Shown here: positions 8,530 to 17,648 of the stretch, piece after piece | Position numbering within the stretch: position 1 is the stretch's first letter | Layout: each line of letters begins with the position of its first letter | IMG/VR virus record: IMGVR_UViG_3300036852_000332 | Span: 1-52,448 of that record | From: a virus | Lineage: Duplodnaviria > Caudoviricetes | DNA: 52,448 nucleotides | Strand: one strand, 5' to 3' | Translations under genes and position numbers: made by a program | Notes under the pieces: model-generated | What the model was told of the DNA's origin: nothing | Databases searched by the model: none | What the model saw: the letters and a program-made list of their open reading frames with translations, nothing else

Positions 8530-10668
8530 ATGCCCGTGCCGCTGGCTGCTGAGAACTTCGTCCAGGAGAACTCCGGGACCCTCGCCCCCGCCGGGACGTC
8601 CTGTGTGGTCAGCCTTCCAGCAGGCACGACCGCCGGGAACACGCTGCTGGTGTTCGTCACCAGCGTCGTCGGGGTGACGGCACCCGCCGGGTTTGTCGAG
8701 GACCGCTCGATCATCGCCAACCTCTGGGCGTTCCGGCGCTCCGAGGTCGGAGCGTCGGAGACGTCGTGGACGTTCACGACAAGCACGGCCAGCCGGTTCG
8801 GCTGGTACGTGGCGGAGCTCTCGGGCGTCGACGCGGTCGAGCCACTGGACGCCTCGGTGACCTCCGGCGCGGCGTTCGGCTCGACGTCGGGCGGCGGTAC
8901 CCGCTCGACCGGCACCGCGCCGCTGAACGCGGCCCTGGACACGGTCTCACTCGCCGTGTTCTCGGCGTCTCAGGGCAACGGCTCGACCGAGTCGTGGTCG
9001 TCCTACACGCAGGGCTTCGAGGAACTCGTTGACGTCGCGCCGGGCGCCTCGGCGAGTGAGGGCGCCTACCAGCTCGCCGTCGCACGGAAGTTCGTCACCG
9101 GCCAGACCGGGACGTTCGAGTCCACCGCGACGCTTGCGACCTCCCAGGCCAGCACGCTGACCGGCGCGCTGCTGGTGGCCTACCGGGCGGCCGGCTCGCC
9201 GATCGCAGCACCCCTGGCGCACCTGGCCGGGTTCGAGTGGGGCACCCACGGCGGCGCGACGTCCCATACCGGGTCGACGAGCATGCTGGGCAACGCCCTC
9301 GCCCACACGGGGACGTGGGGCACCGGCTACCTCGTCCAGGCCTCATCGGCGCGGAACTCAAGCTACGGGCTGCAGATCGTCCAGGCCGCCTCGGCGGTGG
9401 CGGTGCGGTGCGGGTCGTTCAACGCACCGTCGGGGTCGCTCGGGCTGAACGTGCGGGTGGTATCGGCGACCGGGACCGTCACCGTGGCGATCGTCGGCAC
9501 CGGCGTCGGCGCCGCCATCTTCTATCTGCTGTATGACGCGTCGGCGACGAAGTTCGGCGTGCGGGCCGGCGCGACCGGCACGGTGTCGTGGGAGTCCGGC
9601 ACGACCGCGCTGAACACCTGGCGGTGGATCGACCTGCGGGTGAAGTCGAACTCGGCGACGTGGCATGCGGACTGGCGGATCGAGACCGCCGCTGACACCT
9701 ACACCGACCAGGCGGCGGCGGAACTCGGCGGGCAGGCCGCGAGTAACTGGGGTTCGATCACGTTCGGGTCCGGCAGCTCCCAGACGGTGACCTTCGACGT
9801 CGACGACGTGGTCCTGTCGGCCTACTCCGTTGTCTACCCGCTCGGCCCCCACGAGGTCCGCCTGCTGCGCGTCGATGCGGCCGGCACCCCGACCGTGTCC
9901 GGCACGTCCAGCAACTTCAGTGTGTTCACCACCAACGGCACCCTGGCCGCATGGAACGCCGCCAACGCCCGCGACGCCCTCGACGAGGTCCCCCCGACCG
10001 TGTCGGCCAGCGCGGACGGGGTGTGCCAGACCGCCGTCGCCGCGAGCGACTACATGGAGTTCCCGATGGCCGCGCCGACCGTCGCCGCTGATGAGATCGT
10101 CGCCGGGGTGCGGATGCTGGCGCCGGCGTGGGGCGGGACCGGGACCGGCACCGGCACGCTCGGGCTGCGCGGCTGGGACGGGACCACCGAGGCGACGCTG
10201 ATCGCCGCGTCGACGTCGTACGACGCCGGCAGCCCGACCGTGTACTCGACCACCGAGCCCAGGTGGCAGTGCGCCATGTGGACGCCGCAGGGTGGCTGGA
10301 CCGCCGCGTTGCTCGGCGCCGCCGCGCTGCGGGTCGGCTTCTCGACCGACGCGACGCCGGACATGGGCGTCCACGCCCTGTACCTGGAGTACGCCACGCG
10401 GAAAACGGTCACGGGCCGGATGTTCGGGGTCGACGGCGACGTGACCGTCGACGCCGCCACCAACCCCAACACGCTCGGGATCCGGAGCCTGGCCACGGCC
10501 ACGCCGGCGGGGGGAGGCGCCACCCTGCACTATGAGGTCAACGCAAACCCGACCGACGTGACCGTCCCGCCCGCGAGCTCGGATGTGCAGGTCACCGACG
10601 CGCCCGACGCCGTGACCGTCAACCGGGTCGAGCTGCGTCCTGATGCCGACCCTGACCAGCCGGGCTAG
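8530..10668 (+). CDS. large beta-rich putative virion structural protein (712 aa)
   Basis: Thr/Ala/Gly/Ser/Trp-rich; lectin-like segment W..IDL....DW....VDDVV; late operon. Confidence 0.65.
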   Translation: MPVPLAAENFVQENSGTLAPAGTSCVVSLPAGTTAGNTLLVFVTSVVGVTAPAGFVEDRSIIANLWAFRRSEVGASETSWTFTTSTASRFGWYVAELSGVDAVEPLDASVTSGAAFGSTSGGGTRSTGTAPLNAALDTVSLAVFSASQGNGSTESWSSYTQGFEELVDVAPGASASEGAYQLAVARKFVTGQTGTFESTATLATSQASTLTGALLVAYRAAGSPIAAPLAHLAGFEWGTHGGATSHTGSTSMLGNALAHTGTWGTGYLVQASSARNSSYGLQIVQAASAVAVRCGSFNAPSGSLGLNVRVVSATGTVTVAIVGTGVGAAIFYLLYDASATKFGVRAGATGTVSWESGTTALNTWRWIDLRVKSNSATWHADWRIETAADTYTDQAAAELGGQAASNWGSITFGSGSSQTVTFDVDDVVLSAYSVVYPLGPHEVRLLRVDAAGTPTVSGTSSNFSVFTTNGTLAAWNAANARDALDEVPPTVSASADGVCQTAVAASDYMEFPMAAPTVAADEIVAGVRMLAPAWGGTGTGTGTLGLRGWDGTTEATLIAASTSYDAGSPTVYSTTEPRWQCAMWTPQGGWTAALLGAAALRVGFSTDATPDMGVHALYLEYATRKTVTGRMFGVDGDVTVDAATNPNTLGIRSLATATPAGGGATLHYEVNANPTDVTVPPASSDVQVTDAPDAVTVNRVELRPDADPDQPG

Positions 10669-10671
10669 CCG

Positions 10672-11370
10672 ATGGCGATGCCGTTGGTGACCGGCGTCGG
10701 CGCCGTCGCGTCCGGCGTCGGCGCGATCAGCCCCGGCCTGCCCGCCTCGGTGTGGGACTCCGACCTGCTGCTGCTGTTCTGTGAAAGCCAGGACACCACC
10801 GCGGTCCCCGCCGTGGCCGGCTACGCCGATGTGGCCGGCTCGCCGGTGTACGTCTCCACCGGCACCCCGACCCGCCTCACGGTCCGCTGGCGCCGCGCCG
10901 TCGCCGGCGAGGCCGCCCCCACGGTGCCCGACGCCGGTGACCACCTCGTCGGCCGGATCCTGGGGATCCGTGGCGCGGCGATGCAGGGCAACCCGTGGAA
11001 CGTGACCGCCGCCGCCGCGGACCTGGTGTCCTCTGTGACCGCGACGATCCCCGGCGCGACCACGACCGTGCCGGACTGCCTGGTCGTCGCGGCGTGCTCG
11101 ACCGGGACCGACGTGGCCTCCACCGCCCACGCCAGTGGGTGGACCAACGCGTCGCTGGCCAACCTCGCCGAACAGGCCGACAACTGGGTCACCTCCGGCG
11201 GCGGCGGCGGCATCGCCGTAGCGACCGGGGAACTCGCCGCCGCCGGCGCCTACGCGGCCACGACCGTCACGGTCGGGGTGGCGAACTTCAAGGCGTGCCT
11301 GTCCATCGCCATCCGGGGCGCGCAGATGCTCGCCGTGCCCGTCCCCACCATCGCCCGGCCCGTCGGATAG
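10672..11370 (+). CDS. putative virion structural protein (beta-rich)
   Basis: DLLLLF and I...TTT....LVVAA pattern resembling the N-termini of 8530 and 11898. Confidence 0.6.
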   Translation: MAMPLVTGVGAVASGVGAISPGLPASVWDSDLLLLFCESQDTTAVPAVAGYADVAGSPVYVSTGTPTRLTVRWRRAVAGEAAPTVPDAGDHLVGRILGIRGAAMQGNPWNVTAAAADLVSSVTATIPGATTTVPDCLVVAACSTGTDVASTAHASGWTNASLANLAEQADNWVTSGGGGGIAVATGELAAAGAYAATTVTVGVANFKACLSIAIRGAQMLAVPVPTIARPVG

Positions 11371-11377
11371 GAGCCCA

Positions 11378-11830
11378 ATGGCGCGCTACTCGGTGACGTC
11401 GAACAAGGCCGGGGTGAACACCGCCAACACGATCATGTGGCAGCTCCGCGCGGTCACCAACCGCGCCTACCTCCTCGAGCTGGGCCTGTCGGTGGCGGTC
11501 GCGCCGACCACCGGCCCGGAGTTCATCCTGTACCGGTCCCTGACCCAGGGAGCCACGCCGACTTCCGTCCAGCCGCAGCCGGAAGGCTCACTCGCGCCGA
11601 CGATGACCGCGCAGCTCGACACGGCGTGGGGCACCCTGCCGACCCTGGCGACCGTGCCGATGCGCCGCTACGCGGTCCCCAACGCGATCGGGTCGGGGAT
11701 TGTCTGGACGTGGTACGACAAGCCGTTGGAGATCGAGCCCGCCACCACTGGCCAGATCATCATCGTCAACGGCAACGCCACTGGCGCGACCACTGGCAAC
11801 CTGGACCTGTACGCCGTACTTGACGGCTGA
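11378..11830 (+). CDS. putative virion structural protein
   Basis: AGGAG RBS; predicted all-beta; in the structural cassette. Confidence 0.6.
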   Translation: MARYSVTSNKAGVNTANTIMWQLRAVTNRAYLLELGLSVAVAPTTGPEFILYRSLTQGATPTSVQPQPEGSLAPTMTAQLDTAWGTLPTLATVPMRRYAVPNAIGSGIVWTWYDKPLEIEPATTGQIIIVNGNATGATTGNLDLYAVLDG

Positions 11831-11897
11831 GAGGAAACGAATGCGCCGAAGGGACTGGCCCCATGTGACCCCCCTCGGCTAGGCGGGAGGACCGGCC

Positions 11898-13736
11898 GTG
11901 CCGGCTATCTCATCCCAGTCGATGCGGGCGCTGTACCCGTTCCGTGACACCCACCACAAGAAGACCGTCCGCCTCCTGGCCCGGACGCGGCTGCTGGTCC
12001 AGCCGCCCGCGCTCGCCCCCGGCGCGCAGGTCACCTTCGACGCCGTCGGCCCCTCGTCGGCGGGGCAAGGCCAGACCGGCACCACGACGCCGATCACCTG
12101 GTCGCACACCTGCACCGGCACCAACCTGGTCCTGCTGGTCGGTGTGGTCGTCGCCGGGACCGACACCGGCGTCACCACCACGGTCACCTACAACGGCGTC
12201 GCGTGCACGTCGATCGCCAAGCGGCACTCCAACGACGGCACCGCCGGCTACGCCGAGCTGTTCTACCTCATCGCCCCCGCGACCGGCGCCAACACCGTCT
12301 CGGTGGCCGTCGCCGGGGGCGGCTGGGAGGGCTTCGAGGGCGGCTCCATCAGCCTGGCCGGCGCCGACCAGGCCAACCCGATCGCGCACTCCGCCACCGC
12401 GGTCGGGACCGCCACCCCCGCCAGCGTCGCGGTCACCAGCGCGGCCGGGAACATGGTCGTGGACCTGGTCTGCTGCGGTAGCGCGGTCGCCGCGTCGAAC
12501 CAGACGTCGCGGTGGCTGCTCAACCGCTCGGCCGCCAGCGCCGCCGGGAACGCCGCGCAGGCGACCGCCGACGGCGCCGCGTCGGTGACGATGACCCGGA
12601 CGGTCACGTCGGACTGGTGGGCGGCGATCGCCGCCGACGTCGCCGTCGCGAGCGGCGCCCCCGCCACGAACGCCAACGCCGAGGCGGCCACCGCGCAGCC
12701 GTGGACTGCCGCCGACGCCCTCGCCGAGGTCGACCCGGCAGTCGGCGCCGCTTCGGTCCCGGTCACCGCGGCTGACGCCGGGGCCTCGGTCGATGCGAAT
12801 GCCGGGGCCGCAGTGGTCGGCTTCGCCGCCGCCGACGCGAGCGCTGCGCTCGACGTCCCGGCGGGCACGGCCACCGTCCCGGCCACCGCCGCCGACGCGA
12901 CCGCGAGCCTCGAGGCGGCCGCCGGCACCGCCACCGTGCCGTTCACTGCGGCGGACGCGACCGTCTCGACCGTTACCGGCACCAACGCCGACGCCGGTCC
13001 CGCCTCGCTGGGCTTCACGGCCGCCGACGCCTCGGTCGCACTCACCGTCGACGCCGGCACCGCGACCGTCCCAGCCACGGCAGCGGACGCGCAAGCCTCG
13101 GTCGGTCCGGCGGCTGGTACCGCGAACGTGCCGCTGGCCGCCGCCGACGCCGCTGTTGCCCTGGACGTGCCGGCCGGCACCGCAGCGGCCCCGTTCACGG
13201 CGGCGGACGCCACGGTTTCAACGGTCGCGCAGACCAACGCCGACGCCGGCCCCGCCGCAGTCGCAATTGCAGCTGCGGATGCCCTGGCGTCGATCGCCCC
13301 GGCCGCTGGCACGGCTACGGTCCCGTTCACGGCCGCCGACGCGGTCGCGACCAACTCGGTCAATGTCGATGCGGGCGCGGCCACGATCAGCATCACCGCT
13401 GCGGATGCGGCTGCCGTCGTCGCCGTCAATGCCGAGGCGGCCAGCGTCCCGGTCACGGCCGCCGCGCCCGGCTGGGGCATCACCGCCGGCTCGCCAGCCG
13501 TTGTGCTTGCGGCCGCGGATGCCGTGGCGAGCCTCGGCGCCCTGGCCGGTGGTGCGGTGGTCGCCTTCGTCGCAGCCGACGCGGTGGTCTACATCCCGCC
13601 GCCGGTGCCGCCGCCCCACTGGGTCGAGGGCGCGGCCGGCGCCAGCGGTGTGGCTGACGGTGCCGGCGGCGGCACCGGCACCGCGGAATTGGTCGGTGCC
13701 GGGACCGGGATCGCTGAAGGGCAGGGAGGCGTATGA
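11898..13736 (+). CDS. repeat-containing fibre-like protein
   Basis: N-terminal beta domain followed by about 14 repeats of 20-24 aa ending in (T/A/V)AADA. Confidence 0.7.
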   Translation: MPAISSQSMRALYPFRDTHHKKTVRLLARTRLLVQPPALAPGAQVTFDAVGPSSAGQGQTGTTTPITWSHTCTGTNLVLLVGVVVAGTDTGVTTTVTYNGVACTSIAKRHSNDGTAGYAELFYLIAPATGANTVSVAVAGGGWEGFEGGSISLAGADQANPIAHSATAVGTATPASVAVTSAAGNMVVDLVCCGSAVAASNQTSRWLLNRSAASAAGNAAQATADGAASVTMTRTVTSDWWAAIAADVAVASGAPATNANAEAATAQPWTAADALAEVDPAVGAASVPVTAADAGASVDANAGAAVVGFAAADASAALDVPAGTATVPATAADATASLEAAAGTATVPFTAADATVSTVTGTNADAGPASLGFTAADASVALTVDAGTATVPATAADAQASVGPAAGTANVPLAAADAAVALDVPAGTAAAPFTAADATVSTVAQTNADAGPAAVAIAAADALASIAPAAGTATVPFTAADAVATNSVNVDAGAATISITAADAAAVVAVNAEAASVPVTAAAPGWGITAGSPAVVLAAADAVASLGALAGGAVVAFVAADAVVYIPPPVPPPHWVEGAAGASGVADGAGGGTGTAELVGAGTGIAEGQGGV

Positions 13737-14053
13737 GACCGGTCCTGCTGCGCGCCGAACAGCACTGGACATGCCCCAACTGTCCCGCGACCACCGTGAC
13801 GCACCTGCCGCCGGGGACGGCCGCGTCGCAGATGCACACCTGTCCCGGCCTGCGGGGCCTGACCGCCCCCATGATCCCGGCCGGTCAAGACTGCAAGGTC
13901 GAAGCCGTCGAGTGGGGCGACTACCTGCACGGCGAACTCGCCCAGCGCGACGCAGAAGGCCGGCCCATGTCCGCGGTCGTGACGACCAGGGCGGACGGAT
14001 CGAACGACACGGCGGTGCTCGCGCCGAGCGCCCGATGGAACCTGGAGGACTGA
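13733..14053 (+). CDS. Zn-ribbon-like hypothetical protein
   Basis: WTCPNC...HTCPG; translationally coupled on both sides. Confidence 0.7.
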   Translation: MRPVLLRAEQHWTCPNCPATTVTHLPPGTAASQMHTCPGLRGLTAPMIPAGQDCKVEAVEWGDYLHGELAQRDAEGRPMSAVVTTRADGSNDTAVLAPSARWNLED

Positions 14054-14295
14054 TGGCAGAGCCGAACCCGCTGGCCGGGCTGACCGCCGAGGAGGCCGAC
14101 GCCGCGATCGACCGCCTCGCCGCCAAGGCCGAGGAGGCCGAGGCCCACGCCAAGGCCGTCCGCGCGCACCTCAAGGCCATGAAGGCCGCCCGCCGCGACC
14201 TGGTCGAGCCGGTCCCGCTCGAGCGGCGCGGTGCCAGCTCGACCGACGCGCAGGCCGAGCCCGCGCAGATCACCACGGAGGCGAGCGGGGGATGA
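14053..14295 (+). CDS. small coiled-coil protein
   Basis: GGAGG RBS, TGATG coupling, 80 aa. Confidence 0.7.
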   Translation: MAEPNPLAGLTAEEADAAIDRLAAKAEEAEAHAKAVRAHLKAMKAARRDLVEPVPLERRGASSTDAQAEPAQITTEASGG

Positions 14296-14792
14296 CCTGG
14301 ACCGCAACCGAAGGCTCCCACGTCTTCCGCGCCTTCGTCGCCGACACCCTCCTGGCCAACTCCTCGACCGGGTACACGGGCCTGGACAGCGACTCGTGCA
14401 AGGTCGCGCTGTACGGCAACACCGGCACCCCCGACCGCAACGTCGCCGCGAACCTCACCGGCTACAACGCGGCGACGTCCCAGTGGGTCCTCGCCAACGA
14501 GATCAGCGCGGCCGGCTGGGCCGCCGGCGGGCTGGTCCTGGCCGGCCCGACGATCAACCAGGGCACCGCCAACACCTTCTACTTCGACGGCACCGACCGC
14601 GCATCCTCGGCCACCACCACCCTGACCAACGTCTACGGCTGCCTCAACTACGACGACACCGTCACCGGCGGCACCGTCGCCAAGGTGGGCATCTCGTTCC
14701 ACTTCTTCGGCGGGGCGCAGAGCGTCACGGCCGGTACGTTCACGGTGATCTGGGCCGCCCCGACGGCGGCGATCTTCTCGGGCACGGTCTAG
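14292..14792 (+). CDS. putative virion structural protein
   Basis: KVALY, NEIS..G..AGG..L and FGG..SVTAGTFTV.W pattern seen in phage structural proteins. Confidence 0.7.
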   Translation: MTWTATEGSHVFRAFVADTLLANSSTGYTGLDSDSCKVALYGNTGTPDRNVAANLTGYNAATSQWVLANEISAAGWAAGGLVLAGPTINQGTANTFYFDGTDRASSATTTLTNVYGCLNYDDTVTGGTVAKVGISFHFFGGAQSVTAGTFTVIWAAPTAAIFSGTV

Positions 14793-14798
14793 TCCACT

Positions 14799-15701
14799 AT
14801 GGCTGACCTGCTGCGGATCCTCGTGCGAAGCGGCGCCAAGCCCTACGTGATCTTCGCGACCGAGAACGGCCCGAACGACCTCGACACCGGCGTCCCGGTC
14901 GTGGTCGCGACCCGCCCCGACGGCACCACCCTCTCGCCGGCGCTGGTCGCCAGCCACGCAGGCGCCACCAATAGCGGGAAGTACGAGGTCACCTACCCGC
15001 CGCAGACGGAGCTGACCCGCACCCGTCTGGACTGGACCGGCACCATCGGCGGCGTCACGGAGACCCTCACCACCTGGGTCGACGTCGTCGGCGGCCACCT
15101 GTTCACCGTCGCCGACGCCCGCGCGTTCAAGGTCGCCGGCACCGCCGTCCTCGCCGATGTGGTGAAGTACCCCGCAGGCGACGTGATCGCCGCCCGGGAC
15201 GAGATCACCGACGACTTCACCGCACGTGGCGGGGTCGCGTTCGCGCCCCGGCACGCCCGCGAAACCCTCAACGGCGACGGCACCAGCCGGCTGATCCCCG
15301 CCGAGATGCTGCCCCACCGCGTCATCAGCGTGACCGTGAACGGGGTCGCGTTCACCGCGGGCGAGCTCGCCGACATCGGGTTCGCCCCCGGCGGGATCCT
15401 GGTCCGCACGGCCGGCGGCACCTTCCCGTCTGGCACCATGAACATCGACGTCGAGTACGCCCACGGCTACGCCCCGACCCCCCCCGCGATCCGCCGGGCG
15501 GCGCTGCACCGCCTGGCGATGCTGCTCAACCCCTCCTCGGCGGCGTCATCGGCGGTCACGTCCTGGACCAGCCCCGACGGCACGTCCTACTCCTACGACC
15601 GCGTCGGGCAGTCCCGCGGCGGGATGACCTACCACTACGGCATCGGCGTGATCGACGGGCCCTTGAACTTCTACGGCATGGCCGGCATGGCGATCGCCTG
15701 A
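14799..15701 (+). CDS. head-tail adaptor with N-terminal Ig-like extension
   Basis: C-terminal V.YAHGY...P..IRRAAL motif; N-terminal G.Y.V.Y...W beta domain. Confidence 0.7.
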   Translation: MADLLRILVRSGAKPYVIFATENGPNDLDTGVPVVVATRPDGTTLSPALVASHAGATNSGKYEVTYPPQTELTRTRLDWTGTIGGVTETLTTWVDVVGGHLFTVADARAFKVAGTAVLADVVKYPAGDVIAARDEITDDFTARGGVAFAPRHARETLNGDGTSRLIPAEMLPHRVISVTVNGVAFTAGELADIGFAPGGILVRTAGGTFPSGTMNIDVEYAHGYAPTPPAIRRAALHRLAMLLNPSSAASSAVTSWTSPDGTSYSYDRVGQSRGGMTYHYGIGVIDGPLNFYGMAGMAIA

Positions 15702-16165
15702 TGGCCTCGGCGTCCAACCGTGCCGCGAAACGCGGCATCCGCCAGTACCTGGCGACCACCGGAGGCCTCGGCGCCGCCGACGGCGTCACCATCCGCTCCG
15801 CCATGGTCGACCCTGAGGAGTTCACCGGCGACCTGGTCATCCTCGGCGACGTGGTCGCCCCCCAGGCCCAGGCCGGCCTCGCCACCCGCGCGAAGACCCC
15901 GACCGTCACGTGCTGGGTGATCGTGACCCGCCCCGGCGCCGACGAGGACGCCATCGACGCCGCCGGCGACCGCGCCGAGCAGCTCATGGCCCTGGTCGAG
16001 GCCGCCCTTGACGCCGACCGCTCGGCCGCCGGGTCCGTGCTGCCACCCGGCCAGGTCGTCGTCGCCACGTCGGGGCTCGAGGAGTCACCGGTCGAGATCG
16101 ATGGCTCGGCGGCGAGGCGGGCGACCATCGGATTCCAGCTCTCCTGGACCAGCCACATCACGTAA
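15701..16165 (+). CDS. tail terminator / completion protein
   Basis: Size, synteny and RA..L...VE.AL..D pattern. Confidence 0.6.
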   Translation: MASASNRAAKRGIRQYLATTGGLGAADGVTIRSAMVDPEEFTGDLVILGDVVAPQAQAGLATRAKTPTVTCWVIVTRPGADEDAIDAAGDRAEQLMALVEAALDADRSAAGSVLPPGQVVVATSGLEESPVEIDGSAARRATIGFQLSWTSHIT

Positions 16166-16182
16166 TTGTCCGCCTGACCTGC

Positions 16183-16268
16183 GATAATAGACGTAAGTGG
16201 CCCCCGCGCTGCGCAAACAGCCGGGGGCCGTGGCCGACACGAACGGAGCGTGCCGAGCATGGCCGAGC
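16183..16268 (+). promoter_or_regulatory. HNH-gene leader, copy 1 (-10 GATAAT plus two hairpins)
   Basis: GGCCCCCG/CGGGGGCC stem, then 38 nt identical to 31032-31069. Confidence 0.75.
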
Positions 16269-16771
16269 CTACCTACTCACCATCCGCCCTGCCGCCCAAG
16301 CTGACGGCCAAGATCAGCCTTGATGAGGCCGGCTGCTGGCTGTGGACCGGGGTCATCACCGACCAGGGCTACGGACGGCGGATCTGGCCACCCACCGGTG
16401 CCAGCCACGGCAGAACATGGTTCGCGCACCGGCTGGTCTACACGCTGCTGGTCGGCCCGATCCCCGAAGGGCTCGTGCTCGACCACCTCTGCAACGTGCG
16501 GCGCTGCGTCAACCCCGCGCACCTTGAGGCCGTCACGCTTGCGGAGAACAGTCGTCGCGCCTACTCGGCTGGCAGGCCGAACACGAACGGGAAGTGCCGG
16601 AGCGGTCGCCACCCATGGGTACCGATCAACATCTACACCGACCCGAAGACAGGCCACCAGCGCTGCAACGAATGCCAGTTGGAGAAGTCGCGAGAGCAAC
16701 GGGCAAGGCTGACGGCGGCAGGCTTGCGCCGGAAGGCCCGGCCAGGTCCAGGGCAGGCATCGCTGCTTTGA
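16250..16771 (+). CDS. free-standing HNH homing endonuclease
   Basis: CWLWTG, AHRLVY, LDHLCNVRRCVNPAHLEAVT..EN and a C-terminal Zn finger. Confidence 0.92.
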   Translation: MPSMAEPTYSPSALPPKLTAKISLDEAGCWLWTGVITDQGYGRRIWPPTGASHGRTWFAHRLVYTLLVGPIPEGLVLDHLCNVRRCVNPAHLEAVTLAENSRRAYSAGRPNTNGKCRSGRHPWVPINIYTDPKTGHQRCNECQLEKSREQRARLTAAGLRRKARPGPGQASLL

Positions 16772-16860
16772 GTAAGTAAGCCCAGCACTGCCAGAGGGCA
16801 CCCATCGCCTGGGTGTCCTCTGGCATGCCCTGCGTGTCGTCCACCTAGAAGGAGGCCGCC

Positions 16861-17211
16861 TTGGCGACCTACGTGGCCACTACCGTGCCGCTCAACGGGC
16901 TCGTGCTGAGCACGCTGCTCGCCGCCGCCGCGACGCCCGCCTCGGGCGACCTCGCCCCCACCGGCACGGGGGTGAAGCTGGTCGTCCAGAACACCGGCGG
17001 CGGCGCCTGCGTCGTCACGATCCCCACGCCGGGCACGTTCGAGGGCGACCTGAGCCCGCTGCCGTCGCGGGTGTCGGTCTCGATCCCGGCCACGACCGGC
17101 CTGGCCGAGATTCCATTGACAGATGCGCATAGGGACCCGACCACCGGGCTGGCGACGATCAACTACTCCACGGTGACCGGCGTCAAGGCGATCGTGACAA
17201 GGAACCCGTGA
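16861..17211 (+). CDS. hypothetical structural protein
   Basis: AAGGAGG RBS with TTG start; beta-rich. Confidence 0.7.
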   Translation: MATYVATTVPLNGLVLSTLLAAAATPASGDLAPTGTGVKLVVQNTGGGACVVTIPTPGTFEGDLSPLPSRVSVSIPATTGLAEIPLTDAHRDPTTGLATINYSTVTGVKAIVTRNP

Positions 17212-17648
17212 TGGGCGTGCGACTGCGGCACCCGACCCTGCCGGCGGACCAGGTGATCGAGGTCGACCCGATCGCGGTCCCCCACCACCAGGCCGCCGGC
17301 TGGCAGGTCGAAGAGGGCCAGGACGAGACCGGCGAGGTCTGGCCGGCGGAGCTGCAACGCTTCGAGGGCCAGGAGCAGGTCCGCCTGCGCCACCCGGAGC
17401 TCGACGCCGAGATCACCGTCGCGCGCAGCGCGGTTCCGGTGCACCAGTCCACCGGCTGGTACCAGGTCGAGGAAGACGTGCCGCTGCCCGACGACCTCGG
17501 CGACCTGACCGTCGATGACCTGCGGGACCTGCTCCGCGCCCGGGACCTGCCGGTGTCGGGGACCAAGGCGGAGCTGGTCTCCCGGCTGCGTGCCGCACCA
17601 GCGGAAGAGGAGCCGGCCACCCCGGCCGACCAGGAAAGCGAGGAGTAG
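17208..17648 (+). CDS. SAP-domain protein with an internal duplication
   Basis: LTVDDLRDLLRARDLPVSGTKAELVSRL is a SAP motif; two copies of VRLRHP.L...I.V...AVP.HQ..GW.VEE. Confidence 0.8.
   Translation: MMGVRLRHPTLPADQVIEVDPIAVPHHQAAGWQVEEGQDETGEVWPAELQRFEGQEQVRLRHPELDAEITVARSAVPVHQSTGWYQVEEDVPLPDDLGDLTVDDLRDLLRARDLPVSGTKAELVSRLRAAPAEEEPATPADQESEE

Noticed and set aside
11841-11882. 13-codon mini-ORF with a hairpin as an attenuator
   Set aside because: No regulatory codon run or U-tract; cannot be supported
16199-16268. HNH leader as HEARO/omegaRNA or a group I intron
   Set aside because: Too short, the ORFs lack RuvC/IscB features, and flanking genes are uninterrupted
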